Below are positions 1 to 9,312 of a DNA stretch of 40,656 nt, piece after piece. The position numbers and the translations under genes are program-made. Position 1 is the first letter of the stretch. Every line of letters starts with the position of its first letter. Below the pieces are notes generated by a model. That model was given only the letters and a program-made list of their open reading frames with translations, did not search any database and was not told the origin of the DNA. The DNA is taken from the sequence record SRR2962707_3849. One strand, written 5' to 3'.

Positions 1-159
1 GTTGCCCTCGTGCCGGCAGGTGATGGTTTTTATCTGCGGCGCGTCGTGGAGCGCATCGAGAACGGCGAGATAGCTCTCGCCCGGCACACAGAACACATGG
101 TCGGCGCTGTGTATCTTGAGCTGATCGACGAGTATCTGTCCGCCAGTGCGGTTTGCCAT
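1..159 (-). CDS. Thiamine-diphosphate-dependent enzyme (acetolactate synthase-like), N-terminus only; runs off the window edge
   Basis: Manual translation MANRTGGQILVDQLKIHSADHVFCVPGESYLAVLDAL...TCRHEGN matches the TPP-enzyme N-terminal pattern (F.VPG, RHE); GGAG RBS upstream. Absent from the ORF track because it is truncated. Confidence 0.85.
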   Translation of the reverse strand, partial: MANRTGGQILVDQLKIHSADHVFCVPGESYLAVLDALHDAPQIKTITCRHEGN

Positions 160-236
160 GAACGGGCTCCTGAGAAATATCGGTGGCTGTCGAAGGTCTC
201 CGGAAAGGCCCAGCCCGTCCAGAGACCTCGCGAGAG

Positions 237-1100
237 TTATCCCCTGCCGACGAGCTTGAGCGTCTTGTCGAGGGATGCGTAGCTACGGGCGGGTGGGGTT
301 AGCAGGATGCGATATCCCTCTTCGACGATCCGCTCGACATTGCCCGGTTCGACATGGGGATGGCCCACGGGAACTCCAGCCTCCGTCGAGATCGCCAGGA
401 TTTCCCCCATCGCCTCGCGCAGCGCCGGGTGGTCGTATTGCCGGGGGAAACCAAGTTCCTGACCCAGATCCCCTTCCCCGATCAGAATGCCGCCAATGCC
501 GGGGACGTTCTTGAGGATATCGCGCAGATTGGCGATGCCCTTGGTGTCCTCGATCATCAGCAGCACCAGAATTTCGCCCTGCGGCGCCAGGGGCCAGACA
601 TCGGCGCGCTCGTAATATTCGAGATTGGTCAGGCCCCAATAGCGGCATGCGGTATGCGGTCCGTCGCCACGCACTCCGGAGGGCTCGGCCAGGGGCGCCG
701 TCGGAAGGCGCGGGTAACGGCAAGCGGAAACCGCATTATAGGCTTCCTCCACACTGGTGATATGGGGCCATACAACACCATAAGCGCCAAGATCGAGCGC
801 CTGCTTGGCAAACCACTGGTTCATTTCCCCGCCATTGGGCGGAATGCGCACGATGGGGGTGACGGATGGCGCGAGCGTGCCGCGAGTAACGAGCTGGCGC
901 CGGTTGAGCAGGTACTGCATCGCATCGCGCAGGCCGCGTCCGTCCCAGATGTTGTGCTCGGTTTCGAGCATGATGCCGTCATAGCGCGAGGTGGAGAAAG
1001 CAATCGCCTCCTCGATCTCGGGCTTGGCAAAACTCATCACCGCGTGCTGGCCCTTTTCGAGCGCTGCGATGATGCCGTTGAGGCGTGGAATCTGGGTCAT
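237..1100 (-). CDS. HpcH/HpaI class II pyruvate aldolase family protein
   Basis: Motifs ETEH, IVRIP, ALDLGAYGV, GVRG, MIED and IGEGDL; 287 aa; 3 nt downstream of ligJ. Confidence 0.85.
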   Translation of the reverse strand: MTQIPRLNGIIAALEKGQHAVMSFAKPEIEEAIAFSTSRYDGIMLETEHNIWDGRGLRDAMQYLLNRRQLVTRGTLAPSVTPIVRIPPNGGEMNQWFAKQALDLGAYGVVWPHITSVEEAYNAVSACRYPRLPTAPLAEPSGVRGDGPHTACRYWGLTNLEYYERADVWPLAPQGEILVLLMIEDTKGIANLRDILKNVPGIGGILIGEGDLGQELGFPRQYDHPALREAMGEILAISTEAGVPVGHPHVEPGNVERIVEEGYRILLTPPARSYASLDKTLKLVGRG

Positions 1101-1103
1101 GGG

Positions 1104-2138
1104 TTACCCCTTTGCTGCAATACGGTCGAGAATGGGGTTGATGCGCGGATAGACCTTGCGGGCGTTGCCCTCGTAAATCTTCGCGCGGTCGGCATCGGTG
1201 AGCACCGGCGTGTTGTCGATATAACGCTTGGTGTCGTCGTAATAATGCCCGGTTTCGGGGTCGATGCCGCGCACGGCGCCGACCATCTCGGTAGCAAACA
1301 GGATATTTTCGACCGGGATCACCTTGGTGAGCAGGTCGATCCCGTCCTGATGATAGACGCAGGTGTCGAAATAGACGTTCCTGAGCAGGTGGTCGGACAG
1401 CAGCGGCTTGCCCATGTCCTGAGCCAGGCCGCGATAGCGGCCCCAATGATAGGGTACGGCGCCGCCGCCATGGGGAATGATGAATTTGAGGTCCGGGAAG
1501 TCGGTGAACAGGTCGGACTGGATGAACTGCATGAAGGCGGTGGTGTCGCCGTTGATGTAGTGAGCGCCGGTGTGGTGGAACGCCGGGTTGCACGAACCCG
1601 AGACGTGGATCATCGCGGGCACATTCAGTTCTACGAGCTTTTCATACAGCGGGTACCAGCTCTTGTCGTAGAGGGGCGCATCCTTCCAGTGGCCGCCCGA
1701 GGGATCGGGATTGAGGTTGCAGCCCACAAAACCCAGTTCGTTTATGCAGCGTTCGAGCTCGGGGATCACCGATTTGGGCGGGATGCCGCTCGATTGCGGC
1801 AGTTGGCAGACCCCGATGTAGTTGTCGGGATAGAGCTGGGTCACGCGGTAGATCAGGTCGTTGCAAGCCTCCGACCATACTTGGCTGGTGACGGCGTTGC
1901 CGATGTGATGGGCCATCTGCCCGGCGATGGGCGAAAAGATCGTCACGTCGATCCCGCGGTCACGCTGTAATTTGAGCTGTGCGCCTTCGAGACTCTCGCG
2001 AATCTGGTCGTCACTGATCTTGACCCAATCTTTGGTCGGGTTGCGCGAAGGATCTTCCAGCGCTTCGATCTGCAACGCCCGAAACTCCCGCAAAGGCTGT
2101 GGCGCCGTAGTATAGTGGCCGTGACAATCGACAATCAT
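1104..2138 (-). CDS. ligJ: 4-oxalomesaconate hydratase (LigJ-type amidohydrolase)
   Basis: MIVDCHGHYT, CNLNPDPSGG, PAMIHVSGSCNP, IIPHGGGAVPYHWGR, FDTCVYHQ and EMVGAVRGIDP are LigJ signatures; the catalytic Glu is kept. Confidence 0.9.
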   Translation of the reverse strand: MIVDCHGHYTTAPQPLREFRALQIEALEDPSRNPTKDWVKISDDQIRESLEGAQLKLQRDRGIDVTIFSPIAGQMAHHIGNAVTSQVWSEACNDLIYRVTQLYPDNYIGVCQLPQSSGIPPKSVIPELERCINELGFVGCNLNPDPSGGHWKDAPLYDKSWYPLYEKLVELNVPAMIHVSGSCNPAFHHTGAHYINGDTTAFMQFIQSDLFTDFPDLKFIIPHGGGAVPYHWGRYRGLAQDMGKPLLSDHLLRNVYFDTCVYHQDGIDLLTKVIPVENILFATEMVGAVRGIDPETGHYYDDTKRYIDNTPVLTDADRAKIYEGNARKVYPRINPILDRIAAKG

Positions 2139-2210
2139 GGGTAAAGTCCTCTTATTTGCGCGCTGCCAAGGCAGCGTCGTTCAAGTCCTGTTGCGGTTTG
2201 TTGGGACGGT

Positions 2211-3782
2211 TCAGTCGCTGTTGACTGTCTGTCCCTGAGCGGCCTGTTGCACCCGCGCCGCTGCGGCACGGCGCTTGTCGCTGATGCCTGACCAGATGCC
2301 CCACACGAAGATGATCGCCGTCACGGCAAGAATTACGGCGCTGGTCGTGCTTTCGAAAAACACGCCGAAATCACCGCGGGAGATCAGCATGGCACGCCGG
2401 AAATGCTCTTCGAGCATCGGTCCGAGTACGAAGCCCAGGATCAGCGGCGCTTGGGGGAATGCGAACATGCGGGCGAGATAGCCCAGTATCCCCAAGATCG
2501 CGACCAGCCACACGTCCACCGGGCTGCCATGCACGCTGTAGGCGCCGATGCAGACGAAAACGAGGATGGCGGGCATGAGCAGATGGAACGGAACCATCAG
2601 CAGCCGCACCCAGACGCTGACCAGCGGGAGGCACAGCACCAGCAACAGCAGGCTGCCGATCCAGAAGCTGACGATCAGGCCCCAGAAAAGGCCCGGCTCG
2701 TTGTTCATGAGTTGGGGACCGGGCGAAACGCCGTTGATGATCAGGGCGCCGATCATGAGCGCCATTGTGGCGCTGCCAGGAATGCCCAGGGCTAGGGTTG
2801 GGATGAACGAGGTGACGTCGGCGGCATTGTTGGCGGCCTCGGGCGTCGCGACACCCTCGATGGCGCCATTGCCGATGCGGCTCTTGTCCTTGGCGATCCG
2901 GCTTTCCAGCGCATAGGCCATATAGGCCGAAATCGCCGGGCCCGTTCCGGGCAACGCACCGAGGATGGATCCGATGCCGCTGGCCCGCAGGATGGGCATG
3001 CCGATGCGGCCCCATTCTCCCTTTTGCGGAAGCATGGCGCGGAAGCTGACGGTATCCTTGTCGATCTTCTTGCGGTCGGCGCCGTTCTGGATGGACATGA
3101 TGATCTCGGCAATCCCGAACACGCCCATCGAGAGCGAAACGAGGCTCACGCCTGTGATCAGGTCCAGATTGCCGAATGTGAAGCGCTGGTAACCCGTGTA
3201 GAGATCGGTGCCGATGACGCCGACCATGATGCCGACGACCACCATGGCCAGTCCCTTCATCATGGCAGCATTGCCGATGGAGGATGCGGCCACCAGGCCA
3301 AGCACGATCAGCGCGAAATATTCGACCGATGAGAAGCCCAGCGCGAACTGGGCAATCGGCACCGTAAACAGCATCATGATAATGATACCGAAGCTGCCGC
3401 CCAGGAACGATGCGATGACGGCGGTGAAAAGCGCGGTGCTGCCCCTGCCCTGCTCGGTCATCTTGTAGCCGTCGATGCAGGTCACGGCGTTGGCTGTGGT
3501 ACCCGGAATGTTGAGAAGGATCGAGGTGATCGAACCGCCATAGGTCGAGCCGTACCAGATGCCGGCAAGCATGATCAGCGAGGATTCCGCGCCCAGATGG
3601 TAGGTGATCGGCAGCAGCAGCGCGATGGCGGTCACCGAGCCGATGCCTGGCAGCACGCCCACGAACATGCCAACAAGCACACCGAGCGAGATGAAGCCCA
3701 GATTGGTCAGGCTGAAAGCGGTCTCGAACCCAAGTCCAAGGTTGGAAAACGATTGCAGGACGGTATCGAGGAACGAACCCAT
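2211..3782 (-). CDS. tctA: Tripartite tricarboxylate transporter large permease TctA
   Basis: GVLPGIG, YGGSITSILLNIPG, PEAANNA and LALGIPG motifs; ATG at 3782 overlaps the tctB stop and has a GGAGG RBS; 523 aa. Confidence 0.92.
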   Translation of the reverse strand: MGSFLDTVLQSFSNLGLGFETAFSLTNLGFISLGVLVGMFVGVLPGIGSVTAIALLLPITYHLGAESSLIMLAGIWYGSTYGGSITSILLNIPGTTANAVTCIDGYKMTEQGRGSTALFTAVIASFLGGSFGIIIMMLFTVPIAQFALGFSSVEYFALIVLGLVAASSIGNAAMMKGLAMVVVGIMVGVIGTDLYTGYQRFTFGNLDLITGVSLVSLSMGVFGIAEIIMSIQNGADRKKIDKDTVSFRAMLPQKGEWGRIGMPILRASGIGSILGALPGTGPAISAYMAYALESRIAKDKSRIGNGAIEGVATPEAANNAADVTSFIPTLALGIPGSATMALMIGALIINGVSPGPQLMNNEPGLFWGLIVSFWIGSLLLLVLCLPLVSVWVRLLMVPFHLLMPAILVFVCIGAYSVHGSPVDVWLVAILGILGYLARMFAFPQAPLILGFVLGPMLEEHFRRAMLISRGDFGVFFESTTSAVILAVTAIIFVWGIWSGISDKRRAAAARVQQAAQGQTVNSD

Positions 3783-4219
3783 CAGAACCTCCACTGGACC
3801 AACGGAATCTGCAAGGCGAGCAGATAGATGAAGATAAACCAGGTCAGAAACATAAGAACGGCGCAGAGCGCAGCGATGGTCAGCGGTCGTGGGCCGGGGA
3901 TGGCGAACGAAGACACAACAGCTGTCGCGATCACAGCCGGGAACAGGCCAAACGGACGGATAACCAGCGCAAAGGCCGCCAGCGACGCCAGGACGACGAG
4001 AAATGCCCGGGGATTGAACTGGGGAATGCGCTCATCCTTGATGAAGGCCGGGCCGACAATGCCGGCCCCGAACAATGCAAGCAGGATGCCCAGCCCGAGC
4101 GGGAACATGCCCGGGCCCATTTGGTTGAGTGTGCCGAGCGGCAGCGAAATGACGGCCCAGGCGGCGTAGAGCATACCTGCGACGATCAGCGCCGATCCGG
4201 CAACCATATCTCTGCGCAT
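3782..4219 (-). CDS. tctB: TTT small permease TctB
   Basis: About 4 TM segments, GPGMFP motif, located between tctC and tctA; ATG at 4219 after GGAGGAGG. Confidence 0.88.
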   Translation of the reverse strand: MRRDMVAGSALIVAGMLYAAWAVISLPLGTLNQMGPGMFPLGLGILLALFGAGIVGPAFIKDERIPQFNPRAFLVVLASLAAFALVIRPFGLFPAVIATAVVSSFAIPGPRPLTIAALCAVLMFLTWFIFIYLLALQIPLVQWRF

Positions 4220-4325
4220 ATCCCCTCCTCCGGGGCTGGCGCACGGCGATCCGCCGTGGCTTGAAAGCGATTTGGTATTGGTTGGAGAGGGCACGCTGCG
4301 CACCCTCTCCGGTTCAGGTCCGATC

Positions 4326-5318
4326 TTACTGCTGAATCGGCAGACCGGCATCTTCGATCACCGCGCGCCATTTGGCGACGTCGGCTTCAATGCGTTCGTC
4401 AACGGCTTCAGGTCCGCCGATAAACGGCTCGAGGCCGAAGGAAAGCATTTCCTCCTGGACTTCAGGATCCTGAATGATCCGCTGAATTTCGGCATTGAGC
4501 TCAGCAACGATCTCGGCAGGAACGCCATTGGGAGCCACGTACGAGTTCCAGCTCGAAACGTCGAATGGCGTGACGCCGGCGTCTTCGACGGTCGGGGTAC
4601 CGGGGAAGACGCGTGAGCCGTCGGCCATGGTCGTTGCCAACAGGCGAACCTGTTCGTTGTCGATAGCGCTCATGGCACCGGCGACGATTTCAAAGGCGAT
4701 GTCCACTTCCCCACGGGCCACGGCCCCCATGAGCTCGGGGCTCGAATTGTAGGGAATGACCGAAGCCTCGATGTCGGCGACGCTGGAAAAGAGCAGCGCC
4801 GTCAAGTTCTGCGTGCTGCCAGCGGCAACCGAACCAATATTGATGGTGTTGGGGTTTTCCTTGGCAGCGGCAACAAGGTCCTCGAGCGTCTCATAGCCTG
4901 AGTCGGGACCGGTCACGACCACCAGGCCGAATTCTGCAACCGGGGTAACCGGCTCGAAATCATCGATCTGGCTCGGCTGATCGTTGGGCGCCAGGGTGCG
5001 GCGAATGGTGGCCGAGTTGCCCATGTTGAGCAGGGTATAGCCGTCGTTTCCGGCCTGCAGCACCTGCTGGGTCGCAGTCAGGCCGTTGGCACCCGGTACG
5101 TTCTCTACAAGGAAGCGCTGCCCAAATGTTTCTTCGAGCTTTTCGGACAGCAGACGGGCCGCAATGTCGGAAACGCCGCCCGTACCGAACGGCAGGACGA
5201 TCGACACGGGGCGGGTCGGGAAATCCTCCTGTGCCTGCACTGCACCAGCGGACAGGGCGACCGCGACGCCCACAAGACCGCCTAGGGTCACCTTCTTCAA
5301 ATTAACAAAACTGTTCAA
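4326..5318 (-). CDS. tctC: TTT substrate-binding protein TctC (canonical Bug family)
   Basis: Signal peptide ending AVQA, then FPTRPVSIVLPFGTGGVSD, VENVPGANG, DGYTLL, PTVEDAG. Probable TTG start after GGAGG; exact start uncertain. Confidence 0.88.
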   Translation of the reverse strand: MNSFVNLKKVTLGGLVGVAVALSAGAVQAQEDFPTRPVSIVLPFGTGGVSDIAARLLSEKLEETFGQRFLVENVPGANGLTATQQVLQAGNDGYTLLNMGNSATIRRTLAPNDQPSQIDDFEPVTPVAEFGLVVVTGPDSGYETLEDLVAAAKENPNTINIGSVAAGSTQNLTALLFSSVADIEASVIPYNSSPELMGAVARGEVDIAFEIVAGAMSAIDNEQVRLLATTMADGSRVFPGTPTVEDAGVTPFDVSSWNSYVAPNGVPAEIVAELNAEIQRIIQDPEVQEEMLSFGLEPFIGGPEAVDERIEADVAKWRAVIEDAGLPIQQ

Positions 5319-5438
5319 CTCATCCTCCCAGGACATTGGAATGTGCGGAGGTCCGCACTTCCGGTTCAGTATTTCCCCGGACTGCAGGCGCCGGGGGAAT
5401 GGGGCGCCGCCCATACTGTTTGACGGCGCCATATCTCA

Positions 5439-6314
5439 TCACTCGCCAATTGCCTCCCTGATGCGCGGATCGATCAGATCTTCAGCCCTGATCGGTCCGG
5501 GCAGCAGGCCAAGGGAGTTGGCATAGGTGATGAGCAGATCGAGTGAATTGCGGACACCGTCGAACCCCATCGGCTTGGGGTCGGGACCTTCGGGTTGCGG
5601 CACCGAAGCCTTGCCCTTCTTGAGCGCCCCGTAGAATTCGACGAGCAGGTCCATGTGATTGGCCACCATGTCTTCGGTGACGGCAACGACGTGATTGATG
5701 GCAAAGCACTGGTGCTTGTCGTACCAGGCCTGCGCGGCCGCCTGAGGATTGGGGATCAGCGGCCTGACGCGCGGATCGTCGGACTTTAGGCCCAGGACGA
5801 TGTCGAGTTCGCCGTCAAACAGCATCTGGTTCATTTTCTTGCCTGCCGGCGCACGCTCGCTGGGGTCGGGTGCCTCGGGGATATGCCCGTCCTCAAAGCT
5901 GATCCAATGCGCGGAATCGAGGTCGGCGCCATATTCCTCCTTGAGGATCCCGCGCAGCCAGGTGACTGTTGTCTGTGCGAAGGACCGCACGCCGATGCGT
6001 TTGCCGGCGATATCGGCCGGACTGCTCATTTCCACATTGGCGTTGACCGAGGCGAAGGGCTGCTGCAGGCGGCCGATCATCACGGCCGGCAGCATGTGCA
6101 ACGGCCGTCCGTAGCCCTTGGCCATGACGAGTGTGGTCATGGCCATTTCGCAAATATCGAAAGCCTGGCCGTTCACCATGGGCTTGAACGCATCATGGGT
6201 CGCTTCGTAGTGGATGAATTCAAGATCGGCGCCGGGAACGGCGATATCGCCGTTCTTGATCGGCATGACGCTTGGGTGGTCCCCGAAAACCAGCTTGAGC
6301 GGCGTGTTGGCCAT
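5439..6314 (-). CDS. 4,5-dihydroxyphthalate decarboxylase-like protein (periplasmic-binding-protein fold), divergent paralog 1
   Basis: FDICEMAMTT, GKRIGVRSFAQTTVTWLRGIL.EEYG, INHVVAV and PMGFDGVR fit the OphC/Pht5-like family; no signal peptide. Confidence 0.7.
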   Translation of the reverse strand: MANTPLKLVFGDHPSVMPIKNGDIAVPGADLEFIHYEATHDAFKPMVNGQAFDICEMAMTTLVMAKGYGRPLHMLPAVMIGRLQQPFASVNANVEMSSPADIAGKRIGVRSFAQTTVTWLRGILKEEYGADLDSAHWISFEDGHIPEAPDPSERAPAGKKMNQMLFDGELDIVLGLKSDDPRVRPLIPNPQAAAQAWYDKHQCFAINHVVAVTEDMVANHMDLLVEFYGALKKGKASVPQPEGPDPKPMGFDGVRNSLDLLITYANSLGLLPGPIRAEDLIDPRIREAIGE

Positions 6315-6316
6315 GC

Positions 6317-7177
6317 TCACAACTCCCTTTTAAGAACAGGATAAAGCCGCAGGGCATTGCCGCCCATGATCTTGGCCCGATCGGATTCGGGCAGGAACGA
6401 AAAGGCGGATTCGCACATCTCGACGATGTCGGCGAGGCTGCCGGACGAGGCCGGATAGTTCGAACCCCAGGCGATATGATCGGCGCCGAAGGCATCGAAC
6501 AATCGCGGCGCCAGGGTTTGGATCGACGCCTTCCCCTCGCGGGCGATCTTGAGCACGGAAGGGGTGAATTTGACGACCAGTTGCTTATACCGCGCAAGAT
6601 CGAAAACCACCTGCGCATCGGGATAAGGATCGCCCGCGGAAAGGTCGGGCTTGGCAAGGTGATCGAGGATCACCGGAACGTCGGGGAAGCGATCCATCAT
6701 GTCCGTGAGCATGGGCAACCCGCCGACGGTCAACTGGACGCAGATCGGCAAATTGGTTTCCGATGCATATTCCCAGACCGGATAGGTCTTAGGATCGTTG
6801 AGCCAATCGGCCTGTCCCGGCATTGTGCTGCCCGTGGTGAAAAACCGAAGCCCCGTGCATCCCCTGGCCACCCATGATTTCAGAGTCTCTACGGCGTCGG
6901 GCAGCATGGCGTCGATCGAGCAGACAGCCGTGAAGCGATCGGGATGCTGGGCGACTGCGTCGGCCACAAGGCTGCAATCGAACCCGTAAGTCGTTGAGGA
7001 ATGCACCAATGCGGACTTCGCCACACCGGCGGCGTCCATGGCTTCAATCATCTCAGCCGCGGTGACCGAATGGGCGTCCTTGGACCAGTCCGAGCGCTTC
7101 CCGCCCAACGGCGAAATCGGATATGTGTCGGTGTCGGGCGATACGATATGGGGGTGGATGTCGATACGGGGATACAT
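6317..7177 (-). CDS. Amidohydrolase_2 family protein (LigI/sugar-lactonase-like), paralog 1
   Basis: IDIHPHI, MDAAGV, GLR, LDHLAKP, FGADHIAWGSNYP, GGNA.RLY; ATG at 7177. Confidence 0.8.
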   Translation of the reverse strand: MYPRIDIHPHIVSPDTDTYPISPLGGKRSDWSKDAHSVTAAEMIEAMDAAGVAKSALVHSSTTYGFDCSLVADAVAQHPDRFTAVCSIDAMLPDAVETLKSWVARGCTGLRFFTTGSTMPGQADWLNDPKTYPVWEYASETNLPICVQLTVGGLPMLTDMMDRFPDVPVILDHLAKPDLSAGDPYPDAQVVFDLARYKQLVVKFTPSVLKIAREGKASIQTLAPRLFDAFGADHIAWGSNYPASSGSLADIVEMCESAFSFLPESDRAKIMGGNALRLYPVLKREL

Positions 7178-7216
7178 GTCTCTGGCCCTTCTTTGTTGTC
7201 TTGCCGCCACGAAGGC

Positions 7217-8182
7217 TCAGATGTCGACGAACATTTCGTCGCGCGAGTACAGCCGATCGATCAGCCGTTGCTGGTGCGCGTATTTGATGAGCGTATCGAT
7301 TGCCGCCGCATTGGCCGCCATGCCGAAGGGCAGAGGATCAGGTCCAACGACGGGCATATCCTTGAGGTAGCGCTTGTCGGCAGCGTCGTGGGTTTCTCCA
7401 CGCGCCAGCATCTCAAGCTGAACCTTCTTGGACGCTTCGAATGCGTCAACGAGCGCGCCCGGCAGCCAGGGATTGTCGGCCAGCACGCTGTCCTTGACCA
7501 CAAGGACACCATGGATCGGATATACGCCGGTCCGCGCAAACCACTCAACTTCCGCCTTGCTCGTATCGGGGATGACCTCGGGGAAGGCGTCGTCGGCAAT
7601 TCCGCCACCCGACCAGTCTGCGGTCGGTGCGCCGGTGCGGCCAATCCCGGCATTGCCGGTGAAGCCGGCAACCAGCTCGCCCTTGTGCATCATTTCCGCC
7701 AGCGAAGTACCTTGACGGACGTGTTTGACGTTCTCGGGCAGCTTCATTTCCGAAACGTGCTCTTCGTCGTCGACGATCCAGGTCACCTTGTCGGGGTCGA
7801 CATCGTATTCGTTCTGCAAAATGCCGCGCGTCCAGACGCCCGTCGTCACCGAATAGGCCCGCACGCCAACCGCCTTGCCTTCCAGGTCCTTGGGCGTATC
7901 AACCCCGGCATCGGGTCGTTTGACCAGCCCCTGGTGGTGGAATCGCCGCATCAGGACGATCGGCAGCGCCTTGAACGGCGCGCCATGTGCACGGGCGATC
8001 ATGTAGGTGGTCGGCGCCATCTCGCACACGTCATAAGCCTGCTCGCGCACCATGCGACGGAACGCGGCAATGATCGGCTTGACCTCGACGAAATCCGGAT
8101 TGACGCCCTCGATCGACACTTCGCCGTTCTTGAGCGCACGCGTCGTGCTCGTATCGCCCAGGGCGATCGAAAGATCCAACAT
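7217..8182 (-). CDS. 4,5-dihydroxyphthalate decarboxylase-like protein, paralog 2
   Basis: FRRM...YDVCEM, ALPIVLMRRFHH, DLEGKAVGVRAYSVTTGVWTRGIL, TGVYPIHG and DPLPFGM motifs; ATG at 8182 with a GGGAG RBS. Confidence 0.75.
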   Translation of the reverse strand: MLDLSIALGDTSTTRALKNGEVSIEGVNPDFVEVKPIIAAFRRMVREQAYDVCEMAPTTYMIARAHGAPFKALPIVLMRRFHHQGLVKRPDAGVDTPKDLEGKAVGVRAYSVTTGVWTRGILQNEYDVDPDKVTWIVDDEEHVSEMKLPENVKHVRQGTSLAEMMHKGELVAGFTGNAGIGRTGAPTADWSGGGIADDAFPEVIPDTSKAEVEWFARTGVYPIHGVLVVKDSVLADNPWLPGALVDAFEASKKVQLEMLARGETHDAADKRYLKDMPVVGPDPLPFGMAANAAAIDTLIKYAHQQRLIDRLYSRDEMFVDI

Positions 8183-8311
8183 CAGCTTCTCTCTCCCGTG
8201 CTCGGCGTAACGCCGGCAGAATTCTTCTTGTTCGATGCCAATGGGTTTGGCATCCGCCAGCACTCTAGAAACTCCAACTTCATATCGCTATTTCTTTGCG
8301 AATAGCGTTAC

Positions 8312-8328
8312 GATATGCAAAAGATATC
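8312..8328. promoter_or_regulatory. LysR recognition box GATAT-N7-ATATC between divergent genes
   Basis: Perfect 5-bp arms with a T-N11-A core. Centred about 65 nt upstream of the start implied by a minus-strand TAGAGT -10 at 8262-8267. An adjacent CGCTATT/AATAGCG repeat lies at 8286-8307. Confidence 0.65.
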
Positions 8329-8351
8329 AACTTTGGCGATGGGACAGGTTC

Positions 8352-9293
8352 ATGTTCAATTTCAGGCTCTTGCGGCATCTGTGGTATTTCTCGATCGTCG
8401 CCGAGGAAAAGAATTTCCGCCGGGCTGCCGCACGGTTGGGCATTTCCCAGCCGCCATTGACTCAGCAGATCAAGATCCTGGAAAGCTCGCTTCAGCTCAA
8501 ATTGCTCGAGCGTTCGCATCGCGAAACGACGCTGACGCCTGAGGGCGCAGCCATCCTGCCCGAGGTCAACCGGCTGCTCGAGCAGGCCGACCGGCTCAAC
8601 ATCATGGTCGCAGAGGCGCGTCGCGGCAATCTCGAGCGCATCACGATCGGGGCCATCACATCGACCATCCTGCACCTGCTGCCCGGCGTGATCGAGGATC
8701 TGCGCGCCATCCATCCCGACGCCAGCGTCAACGTGCTCGAAATGGACACCACGAGCGCTCTGCAGGCACTTTCGCGCAACGAGATCGACTTGGCTCTCGG
8801 GCGTTTCCACGCCGCCGAGCAAGGCGTCAACGTCAAGCATCTGGTGATCGACAAACTGCACGTCGCACTGCCCACCAATCACGACCTGCTGGCCAAGGAC
8901 GAGATCTTCATCACCGACCTTGCGGAATATGAATGGATTCACTTTCCCCGCCGCATCAATCCGCGCAATTTCGACCTGGTGACGGCAGCCTGCAGCAAGC
9001 ATGGATTTGCACCGCGCCTCACCCATCAGGTCACCAACCAGCTCTCCCAGATGGCGTTCGTCGCGTGCGGCCTTGGCATTGCCCTGCTGCCGCAATCGCT
9101 GCAGAGTTTCTACGTCGGGCATGTCGAATTCCGTCCTCTCAAACCCGATCTCGAAGTGGTGACCGCCGCAGCCGCCTGGATCAACGACACCCCGCTGGTT
9201 CGTACTGTCGTCGATCTTGCCAGCCGTGGTGACTCCATGCGTGCCGCCCGGATTTCGTCGGCCGGCCATGAGCCGCGGGGTCTGCTGGAGTAG
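8352..9293 (+). CDS. LysR family transcriptional regulator (BenM/CatM/AlsR-like)
   Basis: LRHLWYF..VAEEKNFRRAAARLGISQPPLTQQIK HTH plus LysR substrate domain; divergent from the left operon. Confidence 0.92.
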   Translation: MFNFRLLRHLWYFSIVAEEKNFRRAAARLGISQPPLTQQIKILESSLQLKLLERSHRETTLTPEGAAILPEVNRLLEQADRLNIMVAEARRGNLERITIGAITSTILHLLPGVIEDLRAIHPDASVNVLEMDTTSALQALSRNEIDLALGRFHAAEQGVNVKHLVIDKLHVALPTNHDLLAKDEIFITDLAEYEWIHFPRRINPRNFDLVTAACSKHGFAPRLTHQVTNQLSQMAFVACGLGIALLPQSLQSFYVGHVEFRPLKPDLEVVTAAAAWINDTPLVRTVVDLASRGDSMRAARISSAGHEPRGLLE

Positions 9294-9312
9294 CCTGCGT
9301 TACCCATGCGGA

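Noticed and set aside
194-229. AGGTCTC...GAGACCT inverted repeat between the aldolase and the ThDP gene as a terminator
   Set aside because: Long loop and no U tract on the transcribed strand; at most an intercistronic stem-loop.
354-1970. 538-aa plus-strand ORF, and similar long antisense ORFs (7001-8305, 8280-9269, 13856-14938, 27129-28256, 35039-36214, 38240-39538)
   Set aside because: They lie opposite well-supported genes and have no family motifs; these are shadow ORFs expected from GC-rich codon usage.
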